A DNA stretch of 64,000 nucleotides from Macrostomum lignano (taxonomy: Eukaryota), in assembly GCA_002269645.1 (NCBI GenBank), contig NIVC01000356.1, positions 248,001 to 312,000 on the forward strand, in the 5' to 3' direction. The translations under genes were made by a program, and so were the position numbers. This document shows, in pieces, positions 25,701 to 36,269 of the stretch; the stretch's first letter is position 1; every line of letters starts with the position of its first letter. The notes under the pieces are model-generated. The model worked only from the letters and a program-made list of their open reading frames with translations, made no database searches and had not been told where the DNA came from.

Positions 25701-26496
25701 TTGTCAATGTACACACCCCATGAATCAGTGTCTCCTTCTTTGGAACACACGAAGGCATTAGTCAGAAAGTTTGGATGCAATTAAAAACTCTCTCGATGCT
25801 TTGCGTATAAACGAGTAATCGATTGAATCAATTGTACACTTGACACATTTAATTACGTGCTGCCATGCAACGGAAAGACAGGATAATGGGGTGGGTGGTC
25901 ACGCAGCCTCATTCTCTTTCCTACTGATTTTTCATTATCTATCAATCTCAGCTCTTTCCGGGGCAACTCGCGCATGTGTGCATAGTTCCTCATCAGATTT
26001 ACCACATGTTCATTTACATGTGATGTACATATGCAAGCGGCAGCCGATTTAAACCTGAGAAATGGTTGAAGCACTTCCCCGACTATGACTAAATGCACGT
26101 ACGTTCAGTCAAATACAGGAAAATTTGACACCCGTAGTATGAAGATGTAATCTTCACGAAAGCTTCACATGTTTATCTTTCTCTGTGGAAATGACGATAG
26201 TTTCTCAATAAAAATCTGTCATAGGCCCAATATAGCAGTTTAAATATTTTCACGAAAATGTCGCATTCTTCCAAGAACTGATTTTTGCAAACTCTACTGT
26301 CAGTAGGAAGATGAGTTTTCATAGAGACATTTTGTAAAACATAGACTAAACTTTCAAATCATTCGTTTACACGACCAACTGTCTATATTAATGGTGGGGT
26401 TATTATTACTTTACAGAAAAACGCATGTCCTGTGTTACGACACTGCCTAGCAACCGTATAATTTTTGCAGGTCAAGGAGCATTAATAAATGAACTA
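25696..26496 (+). repeat. About 800-bp direct copy of foldback spacer segment 13981-14783
   Basis: Near-identical from tgcatttgtcaatgtacac to atgaacta (offset 11715 at the start, 11713 at the end). Confidence 0.9.
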
Positions 26497-26581
26497 TAAC
26501 ACTCCTATTTTACATTTATTGAGAGGCGGCGGCGGCAGTAGAGACAGGGACTGTGCTGCGCACAGTCCGTCCGTCCAGCGG

Positions 26582-26830
26582 AGAGTTCCGCTGCCCACCG
26601 CGGCTCCCCCAACAGTTCCGCTGTCTACCACCTCTCCCCCAACAGTTCCGCTGCCCACCGCGGCTCCCCCAACAGTTCTGCTGTCTACCACCTCTCCCCC
26701 CAACAGTTCCGCTGCCCACCGCGGCTCCCCCAACAGTTCCGCTGTCTACCGCCTCTCCCCCCCCCAACAGTTCCGCTGTCTACCGCCTCTCCCCCCCAAC
26801 AGTTCCGCTGCTTGCCGCCTCTTCCCCAAC
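26582..26830. repeat. 30-bp GC-rich minisatellite
   Basis: Unit cagttccgctgcccaccgcggctcccccaa and variants. Confidence 0.85.
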
Positions 26831-27796
26831 AGCTCCGCCTCTATCAGGATTTTAAGGAATTTACCACCTATTCGTCTGATCAGTTGCACGTTGTACACCG
26901 ACAAAATAATGGTTAAACACAGCGTGCAAGCTTCAAGACAGGGACATGCAGTTATCAACAAAGCATTCTCTAGGAAGCTTGATCGGCACAAATAATTGGT
27001 ACCAGACGTATTGCTTTTGACGATGTAAGAGACTTGCGCAAATTCAATTTGGACGCCATATGTTTCTCAAGCAACACCTGTGAAGCGAAGTCACAGGATT
27101 TTTATGAGTATTGCAAGACACAGCAGTGGCAGAAAGAAAGATTAAGGTGAAGGTTGTGAAGTGAGTTGTTTTTTATTCAGGCTAGTATTTTGCGTTGGTT
27201 TAGCTTACGCCTGTAGCAGAAAAAGTGGTCAAACTCGGGGAAAGTGGAAGTAAAAAAATGACCCCGGTTGGCATTTATTGCATTCCATTATATCAAGAAC
27301 TTTTATTGAAATGTTAGACCTACATTCCTTGGTTCTAGCTCGTATGAGTGATCCAAGGTATACATGCTTTCCATATATACCTTGCTTGAGAAGCATATGG
27401 ATCAGTGAGGAGTCTGGCCAGTCTCGTTTGGATCGTCAAAAGCAATACTACAGCATGGCATTTCAATGTATTTCAAGAGATTCAAACGGCTATTACGCTA
27501 GTAGCATTCAACAGCAGATTGGTTTCGGCGCCACGCAAATGTTACGTCAGTACATGCGGAAGTACTATATAGTTGTAATGCAGAACAGCGGACACCCAGT
27601 ATTTAGCTACTGCCGCGTAATATTTTGCGACAATATTACACGCAATAAATAGCTTTGACACCAAACGGTAAAAATTAAAACACAAGAAAAGTACACGGAA
27701 TTAAAAGTAAATAGTTGGCTTGGTAGGTTCGGAATTAAATCAGTGAAACAGTAAGAAGCATAAACTTTTGAATCGTGAGTACGCGATATGCACCAT

Positions 27797-28650
27797 CAAC
27801 AACAACAACAAGGCAAACCGCCGGGGACTCAACAGAGTACAGTTCACAATGGAGGCGGTGTCAGATCAGTTTTCTCGGTGCGAGCTCTCTGAAGGCGGCA
27901 ACAGCATTCCTGGCCGATCACCCCAGCGCCATCCAGCAGGCAATCCGCGTAGCGGCTCGCCCGGCCGTAGCCTCGCGGCCAGGGGCCCTGCATCGTGAGT
28001 AGCAGGACGTCCTGCACTGGTTGAGAACAGTAAGCCTCCGCCGAATGGTGTGGCCCGCCAGTTGAAGTCTTTGCCTGCGGAGGTTCTCGCTAGGTGATCG
28101 CAGCAGTCTGGCAGCGCGGCGTTCTACAGGACAACTCGGATGGAGCGGAAGGCAACCCAGGCCAGGCCCCTGCGTCGCGCCAAGTCCTCCTGGACACTGG
28201 GCACAAGACTGTCTAGGTACGTGAAGCGCGTGCAGCGAGGTAGAGCCGCTGCACGATCGTCGGGCGTCCCAGCAGGTGATTTTGATCCTGGCAGCTCCGC
28301 AGGTACACACATCACCTGCGTCTTCTCGATGTTCACCGCTAGCCCGACCGATGCCGCAGCTGCCACAAGGCTGTCTAGCATGCGCTGGGCTCCCTCAGCC
28401 GAAGAGGCAAGCAGCGCCAGGCCGTCGGCGTAACCCAGGAGCGACAGCGGAAGCTGTCCTCATCTGTTGGCAGGGCCCTCCGTAGCACCCCATCGAGCAC
28501 CAACACGAAAAGGTAGGCCGCAAGCGTGTCGCCTTGCAGCATCCCGAGGTCGTGTTGAACAGGTCGGACAGTACGTCAGGTGCCACTACGGCGGCAAGGG
28601 TCTCCTGGTAGAGAGCTATGGTTGCTGCGACCAGTCGCTACGGCACGTAG
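27797..28650 (-). mobile_element. RTE-clade LINE reverse-transcriptase fragment (5'-truncated, degenerate)
   Basis: ALYQET..V..PD..S..F.TTSG / LQGDTLA.YLFVLVLD / GYADG (DD mutated) LALLA / GLAVNIEKTQVM / FTYLDS / LRRQRLQLAGH, with frameshifts; short (TTG)n at the 3' side. Confidence 0.85.
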
Positions 28651-28779
28651 AATGACCACAAGACCGGTGCGAGGACATTCTGAAGAGAAAAAGGAGAGAA
28701 ATTCTTCATCACTTCTTCTGAAAAGTACGAGTATAGTTAAAGTTGAATTAGCAGGGCTACAAGGTGAGACTGGAAAGGA

Positions 28780-30130
28780 GAAAAGGGTAGGGTCTGAAGG
28801 GGAGAAGAGGCTGGGGTCTGAAGGGGAGAAGAGGGTGGGGTCTGAAGGGGAGGAGAAGGTTTGAAAGGGAGGAGAGGGTGGGGTCTGAAGGGGAGGAGAA
28901 GGTTTGAAGGGGAGGAGAGGGTGGGGTCTGAAGGGGAGGAGAGGCTGGGGTCTGAAGGGGAAGAGAGAGTGGGATCTGAAGGGGGGGGAGAGGGTTTGAA
29001 GGGGAGGAGAGGGTGGGGTCTGAAGGGGAGGAGAGGGTGGGGTCTGAAGGGAAGAAGAGGGTGGGATCTGAAGGGGAGGAGAAGGTTTGAAGGGGAGGAG
29101 AGGCTGGGGTCTGAAGGGGAGGAGAGGGTTTGAAGGGGAGGAGAAGTTGGGGTCTGAAGGGAAGACGAGGGTGGGGCCTGAAGAGGAAGAGGCTGGGGTC
29201 TGAAAGGGGAGGATAGGGCGGGGTCTGAAGGGGAGGAGAGGGTGGGGTCTGAAGGGAAGAAGAGGGTGGGATCTGAAGGGGAGGAGAGGCTGGGGTCTGA
29301 AGGGGAGAAGAGGGTGGGGTCTGAAGGGGAGGAGAAGGTTTGAAGGGGAGGAGAAGGTTTGAAGGGGAGGAGAGGGTGGGGTCTGAAGGGAGGAGAGGCT
29401 GGGGTCTGAAGGGGAAGAGAGAGTGGGATCTGAAGAGGGGAGAGGGTTTGAAGGGGAGGAGAGGGTGGGTCTGAAGGGGAGGAGAGGGTGGGGTCTGAAG
29501 GGAAGGAGAGGGTGGGGTCTGAAGGGGAGGAGAGGGTGGGGTCTGAAGGGGAGGAGAGGGTTTGAAGGAGAAGAGGGTAGGGTCTGAAGGGGAAGAGAGG
29601 GTGGGGTCTGAAGGGGAGGAGAGGGTTTGAAGGAGAAGAGAGGGTGGGGTCTGAAGGGAAGAAGAGGGTGGGATCTGAAGGGGAGGAGAAGGTTTGAAGG
29701 GGAGGAGAGGGTGGGGTCTGAAGGGGAGGAGAGGCTGGGGTCTGAAGGGGAAGAGAGAGTGGGATCTGAAGGGGGGAGAGGGTTTGAAGGGGAGGAGAGG
29801 GTGGGGTCTGAAGGGGAGGAGAGGCTGGGGTCTGAAGGGAGAAGAGGGTAGGGTCTGAAGGGGAGGAGAGGGTGGGGTCTGAAGGGGAGAAGAGGGTAGG
29901 GTCTGAAAGGGAGGAGAGGGTGGGGTCTGAAGGGGAGAAGAGGGTAGGGTCTGAAAGGGAGGAGAGGGTGGGGTCTGAAGGGGAGAAGAGGGTAGGGTCT
30001 GATCTGAAGGGGAGGAGAGGGTGGGGTCTGAAGGGGAAAAGAGGGTGGAGTTTGAAGGAAAAGAGAGGGTGGGGTCTAAATAGGAGGAGAGGGTTAGGGT
30101 CTGAAAGGGAAGAGGGTAGGGTGAAAGAGG
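28780..30130. repeat. Purine/G-rich minisatellite of about 23-24 bp, decaying into purine-rich low complexity to about 30700
   Basis: Unit gggtggggtctgaaggggaggaga. It explains the Pro/Ser-rich spurious ORFs. Confidence 0.9.
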
Positions 30131-31621
30131 AGAAAAAGAGCAAAGCAAAGAGGAATGGCAAGGAGGATGGGGGAGGAGGGGAATAGCAGCAAGGAGGATG
30201 GGGAAGGAGGGGAATAGCAGCAAGGACAAAGGAGGAAAGGAATGGCAAGGAAGATAGGAATGGCAAGGATAAGGAAGGAGGGGAAATTTAGCAGGGAATA
30301 AAGAAGAAAAAAATGAAAAGAAAGTAAGAGAATAACAAACATAGGCAAGGAAAAAAATGTCAAGCGTAGGGGGATAAGCAAAAAGAATGGGAGAATGGAA
30401 TGGCAAGGTCCAGGGGTAGGTAAAAATGTTAAGGAGGTAAGAAAGAAAAATGATAATAAAAATAGGCAATATGGCAAAGAAAAAGAATAAAAAGGAATGG
30501 CATAGATCATAAAAAAGTAATTACAAGTAATAGTTAGCCGTTAGGTAGAATAGGAAAAAAGGGGATGATATAAAAGATAAAGGGAAGCATGGCAAAAGGG
30601 ATAGAAAAAGGATTCATAGGCCTATGACAAATAAGGTGGGGAAAGGGATAATAAAAAGGGAAATAAAGGAAAAGAATATTATTAGAATAGGTAATAATTG
30701 TTTATTTATAAAAATAATTAATAATAGAAAGCATTACAATTAGGCCTAAATATTGATATAGCAAAACTATTTTTTCTAAATTAATTGCTATGCCTACTAG
30801 TGTTACTATATTCATTATGATGACAATATAGAATAGCAATAGCCTAGGTGCTAGGCCTATGTTAGGTCTATATGCAATTATGACATTGTCCATATCTAAT
30901 TCATTAATAAATTATATCTTAAATAGAACCACATATTATCCCTCCTTAGTCCTTCATAGAAATAAAGGTTTTTCTTCTATTAAGCAAATCGACTGCAAAA
31001 GATTAACTAGGTGTCTAGGCCTATATAATGCTCAACAATCCAAAGGCAAAATCTTCTTGAATCCTTAGTCAGCCAGCCAATTAATTGTCCTAGAAAGTAG
31101 CTGTAGTAGATTCACATTTTATTGAGCAATGCTATAACTATAACCAATGCTTGTTAAATCAATTAATATTCAACAATCTAAAAAGGACGATCAATACTAC
31201 AACATTACCTATGAAGGTCAGATGAAAAGGCTTTGTTTCTACTATAACTCTAAGGCAACAATTGCTGGCCTAGTATATCAGATGATTGCACCCAGAGCGC
31301 AGCTCCGCTGCTGACTGGTCCTGGGTCATCATGCACATTTAAATTAGCGCTTATTCCCCGTCCTATGTAAAAGTATATATGTTCCGCATTGAAAGCAGCA
31401 AACTACCCGTAAAGCTACGACTATACGCGTAGGCTGTAGCTTTGTAAGCCACGATGCGCACGTAGTTTACCGCTTTATCGTTGTGACACGGGTGCTGCTG
31501 TTACTACTTATTACTACTGACTATTATGCACTATTAGTATCATACTGGTTCAATCTATCTAATAAAAATTAGTCGGTGCTATATAATGCTATAGTCGATA
31601 TAGCTATTGCGCATTAGAGTT

Positions 31622-32054
31622 GGTTTCCTAGAAAACGGAAATCCACCGTATTTTGTACCACGGTAACATGTTACGGCTCGATAAGCATCGGGAGTTTTTC
31701 ATGTTATATTCCCGATGTTTTTGGAAAACAGGCCTGAATAAATTCTACTTGAATGAAAGAAAAAAAATCGATCGGTATGGACTGCTGAGTTATATTTAAT
31801 CACAGAATTTCAGCTGACTTATATACTGTTATCGTAATACATTATTTACAGACACTGAGACACAGCTGTTATTAAATTGTTATAACTTATACAAGCCACA
31901 GCCCACAGGCACAAGCCACAAGGTACAGGCCAAGCCAAAGCCCAAAGTTAAAATATTTTTTATTCTATTTAGTAATTTGTCTTATAGGATAACAGCGGAC
32001 ATAGGCCTATCCGTATCTATGTTAATAAGCAGGTGCAGCTTTTTCTCATTATTT
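31622..32054 (-). repeat. Uninterrupted copy of the dispersed repeat that hosts the foldback
   Basis: Reverse complement aligns with 9491-9795 and continues into about 18125-18240. Confidence 0.8.
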
Positions 32055-33957
32055 TCTAATTCTAATTCTTATGAATATGAGAGGCCTATTATTATCAGTT
32101 GTGCTTATTAGTTGTAAAAAATTATTCATTAGAACTGACACTGATAAGAATTTGGCCTAGAGGCTAGGGCCTATATATACTATAGATATCTTATTCCCAC
32201 CATCACGATTCACATCCTTGTATAGTTTCTTGGCGCATTTCTGCAGAAAAGTTTCTATTTCTATAGAAAAAATTCTTTTTAATGAGCATTAGTCCATAAG
32301 TTGTTAGATGTCAAAAGTTGCTGGTTTTTTGTCCTTTTTTAGGCCTCCAAACAGTATATTTACAAGTTTACAATAATTGCCAAATTTTATTTATGAGCAA
32401 TCCTTATACTTAATATTTTTCATTGACAGATTAATGCATGCATATCTATTGCATTTTGGATGAACCATTGTTTGGCATCAAAGCCATACGATACCTGTTT
32501 TTATAACTCTCTTCTTAATTACCTGTCGTTCTGTTGTTTGTTCATATAGTTCATCTGTAAAACCATAAAAAAATCCTATATGCTCTTTTAAATATTGTAT
32601 TTTATACAATTTTGTTATCACCTGATTAATATCTAGGCCTATATAACTTATTTTTATAACCTATAGGCTAAACTGTCTTGCACAATATTGGCAACTACAT
32701 ACATAAACTTCACGCAATACTTTTTTAACTCCTTGCTTTTTCTTTCACCTCATTAGTCGTCCAAAGTTTTGTCAACAAAATTTACATGTTCTTTCAAAAA
32801 CTATATCACAAAACTCGTTTATTGTAATAGTAGTAAATAACTAATGCTACAAAATAGTGCCTTCTGTTCCTGAAGTATTCTTAAAATACACAGAAATATA
32901 TTGGCAAACAGGCTTCTTGCCTGAGCCAAACTTACTACTACTATAGAGTATAGTATAAACTTTCAAATGGCAAGTCTCTAGCTAACTCTTTCTTTAATAG
33001 CTAAGTCCTAAAACCTAAGTCTAACTAAAAGAACTCTAAGATTAGGCTACGCTTAGCCTAGGTCTAACTTTAAGCAGTGTCTTGCCTGAGCAAGCTCTGA
33101 GCACTGGAATACTAAATTATTTGCCAAAAACCTTTTTTCAAAAATGATTTTAGCTAAACATCCCTTTATTGAAAGTCAATTCATTGAAATCATTCTTTGC
33201 CAAAAGTCAGTTTAGATACTAAAATAATAATAGCTGTCTAATGTCATAGTGGCCAGGCCAATAAGCAGTATAGGATTAGGCCCCTAGGGTCTTTATGTTG
33301 AAGCTTAAACAAAGTTTATGAGTTTAATTTTTCCTAGTTGGATTTTTTTAGAATTATTTTAACTGCATTATTAATAGGCCCTCTCAATTTTATAATAATA
33401 TTTATTTCTATCTGCTAGGCCTAGTGCTAATTTTTTTGGCATTTCTTTGGTTTACAATTATTGAAATTTGTGACAATCCCTATTAGAAAGATAGATGAAA
33501 ACAAAACATCATTTTAGTAATATATTAAACTAATAATCTAGGCCCTAGTCACTACAATATTTTTTTAGTTAGCCTATCAAGGTATCCAATGCCAAATAGC
33601 CTATATGTAAAATGAAATGATTGTTGATTGGTACAAAAAATCATAATATATTCTTATCAATAAAGTGTTTATTGAAGTTAAAGAGGAGAGGATCTTATGT
33701 ATCCACTTTAGTTACAATCATTTAAATGGGAGAAATACATGTAGATGATCATAAACCAAAGTGAAAGCGGTTTTACTCTAGATATCATTTGAAGTTCTAG
33801 AACTATTTATTGAAAAAGATTCTATATATCTACTTTGGTGTTAGATTTCTATCCTCTAAATATTTGTACTTTTTGTTTTGCGATTCAGTCTCATACTTTT
33901 TAGTTAGCCGATTCACTTTGTTTACCATGATTTTTCCCATAGACTATCATAACTGTT

Positions 33958-34313
33958 TTTTTATTAGAGGCAGGGGGGTTGTGTGCATCCTGGCGCAATT
34001 TAAGCGTCATTGGCACACAACCGGCGAGAGGCATTACTGCCCATTCCACCAACTCCCCTGAGCAGGCATACAAGCGTGCGGATATGTTACACAGGCACAC
34101 ACTCACATAGGAGTGTACAGCAGCCCTAACTTTATCAATTGTTAGGCATGTACACTTCACTGCGCCTTGGGGGTAGGCTTTCAAGGCCGTTAATTGCACA
34201 AGCGAGCCAAGCCAAGATTCCAATCTAGACCCAAATTAATGTGACTGCACTTGGAATCGAGCCTGGGTCGCGGCACACCACAGCAGCTGCACTACCGCTG
34301 GGCTACGGCCCCC
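33958..34313 (-). mobile_element. tRNA-derived SINE, full length, with 14-bp TSD
   Basis: Minus-strand head has A box tagcccagcggt and B-box-like ggctcgattcc; ends in taataaaaaa. CTATCATAACTGTT is duplicated at 33944-33957 and 34314-34327. Confidence 0.85.
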
Positions 34314-34488
34314 CTATCATAACTGTTACTTTACTACAGATATTTCAGCTGCCTTGTTTGCTAGATATTTGTATAAATACAAGTTCAACTTGTGGCTTTG
34401 GTCTTTGTCCTTTGTTTTACTTCTTTTCTACCCTGCTAATCACTTATATTATTAGTTAATTGTCTATTTGACATTTGGTTTATGATAA

Positions 34489-34874
34489 TTTAAATGGTAG
34501 AAATACATGTAGATGATTGTGAACCAAAGATAAAGGGGGTAGTGTGAGGACATATGTAGTATGCTAATTCATTTGTCTTATCTCCACAGAGCTCTACAGA
34601 CATGCTTGGGCGCAACCTTGGGATTCACCCGGCCGTTTCTATTGGCAACACACGCATGTAAGTCGCTATTGGCTGAGAGCAGTCACGTGACTACTATTCC
34701 GTCCAATAGCGACTTACATGTGTGTGTTGCCAATAGAAACGGCCGGGTGAATCCCAAGGTTGCGCCCAAGCATGGGATCTGTTTTAACAAACAGTTCTAG
34801 AACTTGAAATGATAGAGTATAACCCCCTTAGCTTTTGTTCACAATCATTTACATGATATATTGCCCCATTTAAA
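34489..34874. mobile_element. Old MITE-like element with imperfect TIRs of about 50 bp
   Basis: tttaaatggtagaaatacatgtagatgattgtgaaccaaag at the left end and its imperfect inverse at about 34830-34874; a third related copy at about 33719-33762. Confidence 0.5.
34601..34774. mobile_element. 174-bp hairpin MITE (72-bp arms, 30-bp loop)
   Basis: catgcttgggcgcaacc...gtcgctattgg and its inverse differ at one position; loop contains CACGTG; possible CATG TSD. Confidence 0.8.
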
Positions 34875-35879
34875 TGGTAGTAATTGCAATTGTAATGTTC
34901 AACTACTGCCTACTTATAGACAAAAAGCAAATATGTATTTAAACTTATAGGCAAAAATGGCAAAATGGCAAATATGTATTTAAAGACACTTTTTTAATGA
35001 ATGATTACAAGTGCATTGGCCTTGGCCATTGTGCAATGACAATAAGGAAACAAGACTAATTTTAATGTTTTTCATTTTAACATTTAACCTTCAACACATT
35101 TTAGCTACCTTGACTTTGTTTATTTGTCCATTTGTTCAATTATTTAAATTGATTAATTTCCAATAGATTTATATTACAAAACTTTTAACAAAACAACTGC
35201 TTTAGTTAGGCAAATCAACTCTTGGCCAATAGACTTTTGGCAAATTGACTTGCTATTATACTATGTAGAATATGTAGATTGCAACTAGAAAGATTATAGG
35301 CCTATCCAAGAGTTTTTAAAGATAGGCCTAATATTACTACCTAATAGGCCAATTAGGCCCTGGTCTAGGCCCATTATAAGATTTTGTTTTTAAAACATTG
35401 CTTTAAATTTAAAAGTTTTTTCTGCTAAGCTTAAATGCTTATTGCAATTTTGTTTCTAAAGCTTAACTCATTATGGTTAGGATTCTAGTAAGATTTTTTA
35501 AGTTATTTTTTAGTTTTATTTCATTTCATAAATCTCATTGACATTTGCATGAAAATAAAGATGCTTTACTTTTGAAAATTGGTCAAGCAATAAAAATAAA
35601 ACAGGTTGCACAACTTTTTTGTATCTTTAATTTCTTAAAAAAATGTATTAATGTATTTGCAATTTTTTTGCAAATTTTTCTAAAATTTAAGCTTATCAAG
35701 TTACAAGGCCCAATAGGTCAAATTGCAATTGGCAAGCAGTTTTTGATGTATTACTACAAGTGTAAGAAAGTTTAGCCTCCCAAGGCTAAGAGGCATCCTT
35801 GTTTTGCTAGTTGCATTTAAACCACTGTTATGGTATAGTGTTTATTGTATACAACAGCTCTATGCAACAATAAAATATC

Positions 35880-36149
35880 CATACATGCGCAACCCCCCCC
35901 TGATTTACACTGGCCATGCGACTTACTTTTTGACCAAAAATGCGACTTACCTGTGACAGAAACCCTAGAGCAACATTAACGCAATTTTGGGTAAACAGCA
36001 GGAGTAACTATAACTCTCTTATAAGGGCTAAATGCCTCGTCATCTAATTAGTACTACATCTGTATTCTTTGGGGTGGGCATTTTTGTGACTTACCCCTGG
36101 TCCACCACAATTTACAGTGGCCAGGTCGGCCAGCAGTTGCGCATGTATG
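35880..36149. mobile_element. 270-bp non-autonomous hAT- or P-type element with 14-bp TIRs and 8-bp TSD
   Basis: TIR CATACATGCGCAAC (35880-35893) / GTTGCGCATGTATG (36136-36149); AAAATATC duplicated at 35872-35879 and 36150-36157. Confidence 0.85.
35989..36052 (+). pseudogene. 64-bp 28S rRNA fragment (R2 / I-PpoI target region) inside the MITE
   Basis: gggtaaacagcaggagtaactataactctcttataagggctaaatgcctcgtcatctaattagt versus the conserved LSU GGGTAAACGGCGGGAGTAACTATGACTCTCTTAAGGTAGCCAAATGCCTCGTCATCTAATTAGT (reference from memory). Confidence 0.85.
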
Positions 36150-36269
36150 AAAATATCTCTCATTGAATCAGTCTTTTGTCAGCCAGTTACTCTAGCTAGA
36201 TGTAGAGTGCCTTAGTTGACCTGTTTCTATTTCCACTACTACCGAAAATTCATTTTCAGTTTCTTGACC

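Noticed and set aside
27278-27652. 124-aa ORF
   Set aside because: TTG start, no recognisable motif or splice context.
28737-30469. 509- and 570-aa Pro/Ser/Leu-rich ORFs
   Set aside because: Translations of a stop-free purine-rich minisatellite in several frames; no domain content.
31240-31258. actataactctaaggc, weakly similar to the 28S target motif
   Set aside because: Too short and degenerate in an AT-rich tract; expected by chance.
34241-34313. Possible tRNA gene (also 24270-24345)
   Set aside because: A and B boxes are present but the acceptor stem does not pair well, and each continues into a SINE body.
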